Shown one piece after another: positions 1 to 8,857 of a DNA stretch of 32,000 nucleotides (position 1 is the first letter of the stretch; each line of letters starts with the position of its first letter). This stretch comes from Pseudomonas aeruginosa (GTDB lineage Bacteria; Pseudomonadota; Gammaproteobacteria; Pseudomonadales; Pseudomonadaceae), in the NCBI RefSeq assembly GCF_001457615.1, contig NZ_LN831024.1, positions 540,001 through 572,000 on the forward strand, in the 5' to 3' direction. A program made the translations under genes and the position numbers. The notes under the pieces were generated by a model. That model had not been told where the DNA came from. It did not search any database and saw only the letters and a program-made list of their open reading frames with translations.

Positions 1-28
1 CTCCTTGCGGAAACGGCCGACGCGTGGA

Positions 29-322
29 TCAGTGGATGAGCCAGCTCATGACGATCAGGCCGAGCACCGTCCAGATCACCCCGCCGACTATCGAGCGGCG
101 CATGAAGGCGCGTATACCGCTGTAGAGCAGCAACAGGCCGAGCACCAGGAAGACGAAGCTGAACAGCGATGCGTCCATGCCGATGGCCCTGGCCAGGCCG
201 TGGAGGAAGTCGTCCATGGCGCCCCAGATGCCGCCCAGCAGGCCGGAGAGCAGGTCCACCACGAAGCGGATCGCCCTGCCCAGCATCTCGCCCAGTCCGT
301 CGAAAAAGCCTTCTGTACCCAT
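29..322 (-). CDS. small hydrophobic/membrane protein, function unknown (97 aa)
   Basis: ORF track 29..322. Codons are GC3-rich like the host. Hydrophobic stretches: LLSGLLGGIWGA, FSFVFLVLGLLLLY, VIWTVLGLIVMSWLI. Lies directly downstream of the LysR gene on the same strand. Confidence 0.55.
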   Translation of the reverse strand: MGTEGFFDGLGEMLGRAIRFVVDLLSGLLGGIWGAMDDFLHGLARAIGMDASLFSFVFLVLGLLLLYSGIRAFMRRSIVGGVIWTVLGLIVMSWLIH

Positions 323-375
323 GAGTGTCCTGTCCTGAGTGTTCCCAGCGTTGGATCAGAGATTAGCCGCCGGGT

Positions 376-1302
376 TCAGCGCCGGCTGCTGCTTTGCTGC
401 GGAGCGAGGAACGACTGGCGGAAGTATTCGCGGAACGCGCGCATCCCGGCGCTCGCTTCGGTGTCGCGGCGCCAGGCCAGGCCGACGCTCATCGACGGCA
501 CCGGGTCGAGCAGCGATAGCGTCTCGATGCGTTTGCCTTCCAGCGACCAGGGCCGGTACACCAGGTCGGAGAGGATGGCCACGCCGGAGCCGTTGGCGAC
601 CATGCTGCGCACCGCTTCCACCGAACTGGTATGGAGGATCACCTGTGGCCGGTGGCCGCTCTGTTGCCAGTAGCGCAGCGCGCTCTGCCCGGCCTCGTCG
701 ACGGTGAGCATGATGTAGGGCTCGCCGGCCACGTCGGCAAGGCCCAGGTCGGCCTTCTCGCCCAGCGGATGGCGGCTGGGCAGCCACAACCGGCGCTCGG
801 AGTTGAACAGGGTTTCGGCGGCGATCCCGGGCTCGGTGAGATTGCCGGTGAGCAGCACGGCGATGTCGTAGCGACCGTCGAGGAGGCCGCGCTCGATGCT
901 GGCGCGCTCGTCCTCGAACAGTTGCAGCTCCAGTTCCGGGTACCACTGCGCCAGGCGTTGCAGGTGGTGGGGGAGGAAATAGCCCATCACGGTATAGCTG
1001 GCGGCGACCTTCAGGGTGCCTTCGACCCGGGTGTCCGGTTGCGGGCTGTTGAGCGCGTCGTCGACGCTGCGCTGGATCGAATAGGCGTGGTTGAGGAAGT
1101 GCCGGCCGCTGTCGGTCAGGTTCATGCCCTGGGCCGTGCGGGTGAACAGGGCGACGCCGAGCATGCCCTCCAGTTCCTGGATCGCGCTGGTCACCGCCGA
1201 CTGCGAGATGTTCAGGTGGATGGCGGCCTGGGATATCTGGCCGAACTCGGCGGTGGCGATGAAGTAGCGAACCTGGCGGAGGGTCAGGGCCATGGGGAGC
1301 AT
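376..1302 (-). CDS. LysR-family transcriptional regulator
   Basis: 308 aa. The N-terminal wHTH (LTLRQVRYFIATAEFGQISQAAIHLNISQSAVTSAIQELE) is the classic LysR signature, followed by a C-terminal substrate-binding fold. Divergent from the 1420.. operon. Alternative start at ATG 1293 (MALTLRQ). Confidence 0.9.
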   Translation of the reverse strand: MLPMALTLRQVRYFIATAEFGQISQAAIHLNISQSAVTSAIQELEGMLGVALFTRTAQGMNLTDSGRHFLNHAYSIQRSVDDALNSPQPDTRVEGTLKVAASYTVMGYFLPHHLQRLAQWYPELELQLFEDERASIERGLLDGRYDIAVLLTGNLTEPGIAAETLFNSERRLWLPSRHPLGEKADLGLADVAGEPYIMLTVDEAGQSALRYWQQSGHRPQVILHTSSVEAVRSMVANGSGVAILSDLVYRPWSLEGKRIETLSLLDPVPSMSVGLAWRRDTEASAGMRAFREYFRQSFLAPQQSSSRR

Positions 1303-1419
1303 CCGGAGGAGGTATCTGTTTTTCAGAAACCAGTCTATCGAATAATAAATCTACCCAATACCTTTCCCGGCTTTTACCGTGGCTCCATCCAACAACAAGA
1401 CAGATGAGGCCTGCGGGCA

Positions 1420-2178
1420 ATGACTGAAGTCGACCTCAATTCCGACATGGGCGAAGGCTTCGGCCCATGGACCATCGGCGATGGCGTGGACGCGGCGATC
1501 ATGCCGCTGATCAGCAGCGCCAACATCGCCACCGGTTTCCATGCCGGCGACCCGAGCAGCATGCGCCGCACCGTGGAGATGGCCGCCGAGCATGGCGTGG
1601 CCATCGGCGCCCATCCGGGCTTCCGCGACCTGGTCGGCTTCGGGCGTCGGCACATCGCCGCGCCGGCCATCGAGCTGGTCAACGACATGCTCTACCAGCT
1701 TGGCGCACTGCGCGAATTCGCCCGGCTGCAGGGCCTGTCGCTGCAACACGTCAAGCCCCACGGCGCGCTCTACATGCACCTGGCGCGGGACGAGGTCGCC
1801 GCGCGCCTGTTCGTCGAGACCCTGCAACGCCTGGAACCGGAACTGCTGCTCTATTGCATGCCCGGTTCGGCCACCTGGCGCATCGGCCGGGAACTGGGCC
1901 AGCCGCTGGTGCGCGAGTTCTACGCCGACCGCGACTACGACCGCAGCGGCTCCATCGTCTTCACCCGGCGGGTCGCCGCCCTCGATCCGCAGCAGGTCGC
2001 CGACAAGGTCCTGCGCGCCTGCCGCGAGGGCAAGGTGCGCACCGTCGAGGGCGAGGACCTCGACATCGCCTTCGACTCGGTGTGCATCCACAGCGATACC
2101 CCCGGTGCCCTGGAGCTGGTCGCCAGCACCCGTGCGCGCCTGGAGGGCGCCGGCATCCGCATCAAGGCGCCGCGTTGA
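1420..2178 (+). CDS. LamB/YcsF (PxpA-like, 5-oxoprolinase subunit A family) protein
   Basis: 252 aa. N-terminus [34 protein letters not shown] is the LamB/YcsF family pattern. GAGG lies about 10 nt upstream of the ATG. Confidence 0.85.
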   Translation: MTEVDLNSDMGEGFGPWTIGDGVDAAIMPLISSANIATGFHAGDPSSMRRTVEMAAEHGVAIGAHPGFRDLVGFGRRHIAAPAIELVNDMLYQLGALREFARLQGLSLQHVKPHGALYMHLARDEVAARLFVETLQRLEPELLLYCMPGSATWRIGRELGQPLVREFYADRDYDRSGSIVFTRRVAALDPQQVADKVLRACREGKVRTVEGEDLDIAFDSVCIHSDTPGALELVASTRARLEGAGIRIKAPR

Positions 2179-2254
2179 GCGCCGCTCGCCTCGGCGAGCC
2201 TCGCGACAAGCTTTTCTGCCATTTCCTACAACGTTCGAATAATGAGGATTCGTC

Positions 2255-2503
2255 ATGGCCGAACATAACGTGCAGTCCCCCTTGCCCGGCACCTTCTATC
2301 GCAAGGCCAGCCCCGACGCGCCGCCCTACGCGGAGGTCGGGCAGGCGGTCGAGGCCGGCAGCGTGATCGGGCTGATCGAGGTGATGAAGCAGTTTTCCGA
2401 AGTGCAGGCCGGGCAGGCCGGCATACTCCAGGCGTTCCACGTGGAAGATGGCGAGGCCATCGAGCCGGGCCAGGTGCTGGCGGTGATCGCCAGCGCTACC
2501 TGA
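2255..2503 (+). CDS. short biotin carboxyl carrier protein (biotinyl domain only)
   Basis: 82 aa with the biotinylation motif EVMKQ (Lys45, codon AAG 2387..2389). TGAGGA RBS upstream. Sits immediately before the biotin carboxylase gene. Confidence 0.85.
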   Translation: MAEHNVQSPLPGTFYRKASPDAPPYAEVGQAVEAGSVIGLIEVMKQFSEVQAGQAGILQAFHVEDGEAIEPGQVLAVIASAT

Positions 2504-2513
2504 GGAGGATGCC

Positions 2514-3890
2514 ATGCACAAGCGACTGAACAAGCTGCTGGTGGCCAATCGCGGCGAGATCGCCGTGCGCATCATCCGCGCCGCGCAGGCACTGGGCATT
2601 CCCACGGTAGCGGTGTGCAGCGAGGCGGATCGCGATTCGCTGGCCGCGCGGCTGGCCGATGAGGTACGCCTGATCGGCCCTGCGCGGGCCGACCGGAGCT
2701 ACCTGGATATCGAGGCGATTCTCATGGCGGCGCGGGAAACCGGTGCCGACTCGATCCATCCCGGCTACGGTTTCCTCTCCGAGAACCCCGCCTTCGCCGA
2801 AGCGGTGCAGGCGGCCGGCCTGGTCTTCGTCGGTCCGGAGGCGCAGACCATCCGCCGCATGGGCGACAAGGCCGAGGCGCGGCGTACCGCGATGGCCGCC
2901 GGGGTGCCGGTGGTGCCGGGCTCGCCCGGCGAACTGGGCGACCTCGACGCGGCGCTGGCCTGCGCCGAAGAGGTCGGCTATCCGCTGCTGGTCAAGGCCT
3001 CCGCCGGCGGCGGCGGGCGTGGCATCCGTATCGCCCACGACGCCGACGAACTGCGTCGGGAATTCCCCATCGCCCAGCGCGAGGCGCAGGCCGCCTTCGG
3101 TTCGCCGGCGGTGTACCTGGAGCGCTTCATCCGCCAGGCACGGCACATCGAAGTGCAAATCCTCGGCGATGGCGAGCGCGCGGTGCATCTGTTCGAACGC
3201 GAATGCTCGCTGCAGCGGCGGCGCCAGAAGGTCTTCGAGGAGGCACCTTCGGCGGCGCTGGACGGCGCGCAGCGCCAGGCCCTCTGCGAGAGCGCGGTGC
3301 GCCTGGCGCAGAGTCTCGGCTATCGTGGCGCGGGCACCCTGGAATACCTGTTCGACGCGCACAGCGGCGAGTTCTTCTTCATCGAGATGAACACCCGTAT
3401 CCAGGTCGAGCATCCGGTCAGCGAGATGGTCACCGGCATCGACCTGGTCCAGGCCATGCTGCGCATCGCCGCCGGCGAGGCGCTGCCCTGGCGCCAGGAG
3501 GACATTCGCCTGAACGGCGCGGCGCTGGAGATGCGGATCAACGCCGAAGACCCGGCGCGCAATTTCTTCCCCAGCCCCGGCACCGTGGAGCGCCTGGAAT
3601 GGCCGCAGGGCGAGGGCGTGCGAGTGGACAGCCACCTGTATCCCGGCTACCGGGTGCCGCCCTACTACGATTCGTTGCTGGCCAAGCTGATCGTCCATGG
3701 TCGCGACCGCGACGAAGCGTTCGCCCGCGCGCGCCAGGCGCTGGAGCGCACCGTGCTGGCCGGCATGGCCACTACCCTGCCGCTGTACCGCTGGCTGCTC
3801 GCCGATGCGCGGGTACAGGCCGCGCAGTTCGATACCGCTACCCTGGAAACCTGGCTCGCCGAGCGGACCGCCGCCGCGCAGGAGGTTTGA
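2514..3890 (+). CDS. biotin carboxylase (ATP-grasp) subunit
   Basis: 458 aa. KLLVANRGEIAVRIIRA N-terminus, glycine loop ASAGGGGRGIR, and EMNTRIQVEHPVSE motif. GAGGAGG RBS. Confidence 0.95.
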   Translation: MHKRLNKLLVANRGEIAVRIIRAAQALGIPTVAVCSEADRDSLAARLADEVRLIGPARADRSYLDIEAILMAARETGADSIHPGYGFLSENPAFAEAVQAAGLVFVGPEAQTIRRMGDKAEARRTAMAAGVPVVPGSPGELGDLDAALACAEEVGYPLLVKASAGGGGRGIRIAHDADELRREFPIAQREAQAAFGSPAVYLERFIRQARHIEVQILGDGERAVHLFERECSLQRRRQKVFEEAPSAALDGAQRQALCESAVRLAQSLGYRGAGTLEYLFDAHSGEFFFIEMNTRIQVEHPVSEMVTGIDLVQAMLRIAAGEALPWRQEDIRLNGAALEMRINAEDPARNFFPSPGTVERLEWPQGEGVRVDSHLYPGYRVPPYYDSLLAKLIVHGRDRDEAFARARQALERTVLAGMATTLPLYRWLLADARVQAAQFDTATLETWLAERTAAAQEV

Positions 3891-3891
3891 G

Positions 3892-4770
3892 ATGCATGCC
3901 AACATCCGCTACAGCTTCGGCGGCGACGAGCACCTGTTCGCCGAGGTCGCCGAGTCCATGTCGCTGGAAGCCTTCTTCCGCGGCATGGCGATCACCCGCG
4001 CCATCGAGACCCTGCAATTGCCCGGGGTGCTCGACGTATGCCTGGCCAACGCCTCGTTCCAGGTCCGCTTCGACCCCGACCGGCTGGCCCCGCAGGCGCT
4101 GCTGGAGACCGTACGCGGCCTGGAAGCCGAGGCGGTCGCCGCGCGCAGCATCGAGACGCGTATCGTCGAAGTGCCGGTGTTGTACAACGATCCCTGGACC
4201 CACGAGACCCTGATGCGCTTCCGCGACCGTCACCAGGACCCGGACTCCACCGACCTCGAGTACGCCGCGCGGATCAACGGCTACGCCGACGTGCAGGCGT
4301 TCATCCAGGCGCACAGCGGCACGCCGTGGTTCGTCTCGATGGTCGGTTTCGTCGCCGGCCTGCCGTTCATGTACCAGATGGTCGAGCGCGAGCGGCAGTT
4401 GCAGGTGCCCAAGTACCTGCGTCCGCGCATCGACACGCCGAAGCTGACCCTCGGCCACGGCGGTTGCTTCGGCTGCATCTATTCGGTGCGCGGTGCCGGC
4501 GGCTATCAGATGTTCGGCGTGACTCCGGCGCCGATCTTCGATCCCCGCCAGGGCCTGCCCTATCTCGAGGAATCGATGGTGTTCTTCCGCGCTGGCGACA
4601 TCGTCCAGTTCCGCCCCATCGAGCGGACCGAGTACGAGCGCATGGCGGCCGAAGTCGAAGCGGGCACATTCGACCTGCGCATCCGCCCGGTGAGTTTCGA
4701 TCTCGACGCGTTCCTCGCCGATCCGCGAGGCTGCACGCAACGTCTGCAGGAGGTGCTGTATGTCGATTAA
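3892..4770 (+). CDS. KipI/PxpB-like protein ('allophanate hydrolase subunit 1' family; carboxyltransferase-like)
   Basis: The track ORF 3697..4770 overlaps the biotin carboxylase 3' end, so I trimmed it to ATG 3892 (GGAGG at 3881, 1 nt after the BC stop). This gives 292 aa starting MHANIRYSFGGDEHLFAEV, typical of the KipI/PxpB family. Confidence 0.8.
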   Translation: MHANIRYSFGGDEHLFAEVAESMSLEAFFRGMAITRAIETLQLPGVLDVCLANASFQVRFDPDRLAPQALLETVRGLEAEAVAARSIETRIVEVPVLYNDPWTHETLMRFRDRHQDPDSTDLEYAARINGYADVQAFIQAHSGTPWFVSMVGFVAGLPFMYQMVERERQLQVPKYLRPRIDTPKLTLGHGGCFGCIYSVRGAGGYQMFGVTPAPIFDPRQGLPYLEESMVFFRAGDIVQFRPIERTEYERMAAEVEAGTFDLRIRPVSFDLDAFLADPRGCTQRLQEVLYVD

Positions 4771-5737
4771 GGTGCTCAAGCCCGGCCTCGCCACCTCGGT
4801 GCAGGACGCCGGCCGCGAAGGCCACTATCACCTGGGCATCCCGCCGTCCGGCGCGCTCGACCAGTATGCCCTGCGCGCGGCCAACCTGCTGGTGGGCAAC
4901 GCACCGACCGCCGCCGTGCTGGAGTGCGCGCTGCTGGGTCCGCAGCTGGAGTTCCAGCGCGACGCCCTGGTGGCCGTGTGCGGGGCGCGCATGACGCCTC
5001 GCCTGGAGGGCGCGGAGATGCCGCTGGATACTTCCTTCCGGGTTCGCGCCGGGCAGGTCCTGGGGTTCGACTTCATCCGTGCCGGCGCCCGTGGCTATCT
5101 CGCCATCGACGGCGGCATCGCGGTACCCGAGGTGCTGGGCAGCCGTTCGACCTACGGTCTGGGGGCGATCGGTGGCTTGCAGGGACGACGGCTGGCGGAG
5201 GGCGACCTGCTGCCCCTGGGGCCTGCCTCGCCCTCTGCCGTGGAGGGCTTGGCGCTGCCGCGTTCGCTGCAGGTGGAGGTCGGCGGCGAGGTGAGCTTGC
5301 GGGTGGTTCCCGGGCTCTACGTCCATCGCCTGACCCCCGACGCGGTCGAGCGTTTCTTCGCCGAGACCTGGACCGTCGGTTCGGAGGCGGACCGCACCGG
5401 CTACCGCTTCAAGGGCGGCACGGCGCTCCGGTTCGAGCCGCGCGAACAGCCATTCGGCGCAGGCTCGGACCCGTCCAACATCGTCGACGCCTGCTATCCC
5501 ATCGGCTCGATCCAGGTACCGGGCGGGCTCGAACCCATCGTCCTGCATCGTGATGCGGTGTCCGGTGGGGGATATGCCACGCTGGGCACGGTGATCAGCC
5601 CCGACCTGAACCGGCTGGCGCAGATGCAACCGAACCAGAAGGCGCGTTTCGTCGCCGTCAGCCTGGAGGAAGGTCTCGAGGCGCGTCGCCGTTACAACTG
5701 GCAAGTGCAACGACTCCAGCACTTCTTCCTGCGCTGA
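4760..5737 (+). CDS. KipA/PxpC-like protein ('allophanate hydrolase subunit 2' family; carboxyltransferase-like)
   Basis: 325 aa. MSIKVLKPGLATSVQDAGREGHYHLGIPPSGALD is the KipA/PxpC N-terminal signature. The start overlaps the upstream gene by 11 nt, suggesting translational coupling. Confidence 0.8.
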   Translation: MSIKVLKPGLATSVQDAGREGHYHLGIPPSGALDQYALRAANLLVGNAPTAAVLECALLGPQLEFQRDALVAVCGARMTPRLEGAEMPLDTSFRVRAGQVLGFDFIRAGARGYLAIDGGIAVPEVLGSRSTYGLGAIGGLQGRRLAEGDLLPLGPASPSAVEGLALPRSLQVEVGGEVSLRVVPGLYVHRLTPDAVERFFAETWTVGSEADRTGYRFKGGTALRFEPREQPFGAGSDPSNIVDACYPIGSIQVPGGLEPIVLHRDAVSGGGYATLGTVISPDLNRLAQMQPNQKARFVAVSLEEGLEARRRYNWQVQRLQHFFLR

Positions 5738-5746
5738 GTCGATACC

Positions 5747-5773
5747 GGGCCGCTTCGGTCTGCGAAGCGGCCC
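5747..5773. terminator. bidirectional hairpin between convergent genes
   Basis: Perfect 11-bp stem gggccgcttcg (5747..5757) / cgaagcggccc (5763..5773) with loop gtctg. It lies between the stop at 5737 (+) and the stop at 5781 (-). Confidence 0.6.
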
Positions 5774-5780
5774 CGGGCGG

Positions 5781-6782
5781 TCACTTGTAGTAGACCTCTA
5801 TCGCGGCGGTGGCGTTGAAGGGGCCTGGCGTTGGAGTGCCCGTCATCCACCTCACCTGGGCGAGGAAGTTTCTTATGACCACCAATTGGTTCTGGCTATT
5901 GGGCACCAGTACGAACTCCTTGCCGATATCGATGATGCTGCGGTCTTCCTGCTTGAGAAGTCGGATTCCCACGGACTTGTTGTTGTTATCCAAAAGAGTG
6001 TCCGAACCCCACAGGGAGGTGCTGCCGGAGGGGAGGAACATCGCGTTCAGGCCATAGGCGCTGCTGCAGTTCTTATTGGCGGTGACGCTGAACGGAAGTT
6101 CCTTGAGGATCTGGTCCCGGCTGGCGAAATAGGCCTGCAGGCTTTGGAAGTCGACGGTTTTTGGAGAAAGGCTGATTGTGGACGCGCAGGCGACGTAGCG
6201 AAGGTTATTCAAGCCGTGGAGGGTCATGCGGAAGTTGTACCCCCCTATGTTATTGATAGCGCTCTCGCCATCGAACTGGAAAATCGGGTAGGCGTTTACC
6301 CCTGTGATAGGACCTTCCTTACCGGTACTGGGACCTGCCCGCTTGGAGAGAAAGAAGTTGAAGTTGACGGTCATCTTCTTCGCCCTGCCTTCGCAACCTC
6401 GTCCCGTCCAGCAACCATCGAAGTGCATGCCGATCTCCTTTCGGCACTTGTCGAGTGTCGAGCAGCGCAGGTCTTCGCCGTTCAGGTTGATGCCCACCTC
6501 CAGGTCCGAACCCAGCGCGCCCTGACCGGTTGGACTCAGGTAGAAATAGACCTGCTCTGGCCCCCAGTCGCGATCCTGGAAGCAAGTGATCGATATGGAG
6601 TAGTTCGGAGACCGCCAGAGTACGGTGTCCTTGGGGAGGACCGATGGAACAGCGATGCTCGTATCGATGTAGACATAATCTTCGGTTTGCTTGTTGTCCG
6701 ATTTCCAGCACATCAAGGCGAAGCTTTTCTGCGACAGGACGAGCAGCATTGCGACAAGCATGTAACGGATGAAGGCATTCAT
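5781..6782 (-). CDS. fimbrial two-domain adhesin-like protein, paralog 1 (333 aa)
   Basis: Track ORF 5781..6929 trimmed to ATG 6782, where the signal peptide MNAFIRYMLVAMLLVLSQKSFA begins. The C-terminal half has the chaperone-usher pilin pattern: Cys pair YVACAST...NKNCSS, VGIRLL, and terminal GPFNATAAIEVYYK. The N-terminal ~150 aa is Cys-rich, resembling a lectin domain. Confidence 0.75.
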   Translation of the reverse strand: MNAFIRYMLVAMLLVLSQKSFALMCWKSDNKQTEDYVYIDTSIAVPSVLPKDTVLWRSPNYSISITCFQDRDWGPEQVYFYLSPTGQGALGSDLEVGINLNGEDLRCSTLDKCRKEIGMHFDGCWTGRGCEGRAKKMTVNFNFFLSKRAGPSTGKEGPITGVNAYPIFQFDGESAINNIGGYNFRMTLHGLNNLRYVACASTISLSPKTVDFQSLQAYFASRDQILKELPFSVTANKNCSSAYGLNAMFLPSGSTSLWGSDTLLDNNNKSVGIRLLKQEDRSIIDIGKEFVLVPNSQNQLVVIRNFLAQVRWMTGTPTPGPFNATAAIEVYYK

Positions 6783-6859
6783 GGGGTTCTTCTGCAGGTT
6801 GTTAATCGATTCTTGTTTTTGCAGAGCATGCCGCGCCTGTTGCAGGTGCGGCCTAGCGG

Positions 6860-7866
6860 TCACTTGTAATAGACCTCTATCGCGGCGGTGGCGTTGAACG
6901 GGCCTAGAATGGGTCTGCTCGTCATCCACCTCAGTTGGGCGAGAAAGTTCTTCGTCACCGTCGTCTGGGTTGGGGCGTAGGGAATGAACTCGAACTCCTT
7001 ACCGATACTGATGACGCTGCGATCCTCATTGAGGAGCCTGATGCCCACTGTTGGATTGTCCTTGGCCAGCAACGTATCCGTGCTCGACAGGGTGGTATTG
7101 CTGGCGGGAATGAACATAGCGTTCAGGCCATAGGCGCTGTTGCAGCTCTTATTGGCGGTGATGCTGAAGGGAAGTTCTTTGATGACCAGATTCTGTGCGG
7201 CAAATTGCGATTGCAGTATCTGGAAGTTGAGGGTTTTTGGAGAAATGCTTAGCGTGGAGGTGCAGGCGACGTAGCGGAGGTTGTTCATGCCAAGGGCATA
7301 CATACGTAGGTTCCGGCCCCCCAGGTTGTTGATGCCTCCCACTCCATCGAACTGGAACAGTGCGTAGGAGTTTACGCCCGTGATGGGACCTTCCTTGCCG
7401 GGAGTGGGGCGGCGAGTTTGGAGAGGAAGATCTGGAAACGGACCTGCTTGGTCTGAGCCATGCCTTCGCATCCCCCCCGTCCTCCTGTCCAGCAACCATC
7501 GAAATGCATGCCTATCTTCTGCCGGCAGCCGGGGAGCGAGGAACAACGGAGGTCCTCGCCGTTCAGGTTGATGCCCACCTCCAGGTCCGAGCCCAATGCG
7601 CCCTGGCCGTCCGGACTGAGATAGAAATAGACGTCCTCAGGTCCGGTGTTTTCGCGCTCCTGGTAACACCTGACGGAGAAATCGTAGGTTGGAGAGCGCC
7701 AGAGCACGGTGTCCTTGGGCAGAGCCGAAGGCACGGCGATGCTCGTGTCGATGTTGACATAGTCGATCGTTGCCTTGTTGTCCGCTCTTTCGCAGGTCAG
7801 CGCATAACCTTTCTGCGCCAACGCAACCAGCATTCCCACAAGTAGTGTTCGGGTAATTGCATTCAT
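6860..7866 (-). pseudogene. fimbrial adhesin-like protein, paralog 2, split by a -1 frame change
   Basis: The N-terminal fragment (ORF 7372..7866; signal peptide MNAITRTLLVGMLVALAQKGYA) aligns to paralog 1 up to ..FLSK. The C-terminal fragment (ORF 6860..7546) aligns from ..PTPGKEGPITGVN to GPFNATAAIEVYYK. The frames switch at a C4 run (plus-strand gggg 7406..7409). Confidence 0.7.
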
Positions 7867-7881
7867 GGTGTATTCCGGGCC

Positions 7882-8625
7882 TCATGGGTGTTTGGCGTTG
7901 GTCTCTACGCCTGATTTCAATGCGCCGTGATAAGGGTGGAGGTTCCCTCCGTCGCTGACGATCGCGTAACGCACTTTGTCGGGATGGCAGGCGGCGATGT
8001 CGAACTGGTGATTGGAGAAGGGCGCCAGCATCAGGTGTTCGATGGCTTCGCCGCAGCTCCGCTCCGATGCGTCGAGGAACTCCAACTGGCTGAAGGTGAT
8101 GTGGTAGGGCGAAGGATTGTGTGCCTTCGGATTGCCGCTGGTGCCGAGCGTCCACGTCACGCCCTCGTTCGCCTGCTCGACGGTGGCTTCCAGGGGCGGC
8201 CGATAGAACAGCTTGAAGCGATGGCGTAGGGCGATCTGCAGGGTCTCGGGAGTACTGGGCGCGTGCGGCACGTCCAGCACGCTCAACAGCAGGTAGGTCT
8301 CGCGGTCGGTGGGCAGGCCCTGGCCCTGGTAGAGCACCTCTACCTTGGCCCGCTGGCCGGCGCCCAGGCGGAGCAGCGGCCTGGACACGGCGAAGGGCAG
8401 CGCCTGCCCCTTGCCGTCGGTACCCCAATCCAGGGAGATTTCCGCCAGGGCCGGCTCCTTGCCCTCGTTGACCAGCGTGATCGGCAGGCGCTTGCCTTTC
8501 ATCACGAAACGGTTCTGGCCGTCGAACGAGAGATCGGCATGGGCGGACATGCACAGCCAGGCGAATATCGATGCAAGAACCATCCGAAGCCAACTTCGGA
8601 CCTGGAAGAGGCGCTTTCCATTCAT
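7882..8625 (-). CDS. PapD-like periplasmic pilus-assembly chaperone
   Basis: Track ORF 7882..8757 trimmed to ATG 8625, which gives the signal peptide MNGKRLFQVRSWLRMVLASIFAWLCMSAHA. The mature N-terminus NRFVMKGKRLPITLVNEGKEPALAEISLDW matches the chaperone 'RVIY..g.k...l.v.N.g..p.l.q.w' pattern. About 248 aa. Stop is 15 nt before the paralog 2 start. Confidence 0.8.
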   Translation of the reverse strand: MNGKRLFQVRSWLRMVLASIFAWLCMSAHADLSFDGQNRFVMKGKRLPITLVNEGKEPALAEISLDWGTDGKGQALPFAVSRPLLRLGAGQRAKVEVLYQGQGLPTDRETYLLLSVLDVPHAPSTPETLQIALRHRFKLFYRPPLEATVEQANEGVTWTLGTSGNPKAHNPSPYHITFSQLEFLDASERSCGEAIEHLMLAPFSNHQFDIAACHPDKVRYAIVSDGGNLHPYHGALKSGVETNAKHP

Positions 8626-8857
8626 ATTCCTGAATGTGCCCGAATGAAACCCGTATCGTGTTTTGGAAAGTGGTTGGTCGGAAGGGTCGAATATATTTTT
8701 CGTTATACTTCCGCTGCGCTTTGAATGGCTATATTTAGGGTGGTTGGTTGCGTTCATGGTTCAAGTCTGGATAACTTGTTTTCGTTGCGCACCGCTAGGG
8801 TGGCAAGAGATTCAATGTTTCTCCATGTTAGAAACCTGCTAGGGAATATATAAATAA

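Noticed and set aside
1303-1419. LysR T-N11-A operator in the divergent promoter region (for example TCTG-ttttt-CAGA and GTTT..AAAC around 1315..1335, and an AT-rich tract at 1335..1362).
   Set aside because: Several weak dyads fit T-N11-A equally well, so I cannot single one out from sequence alone.
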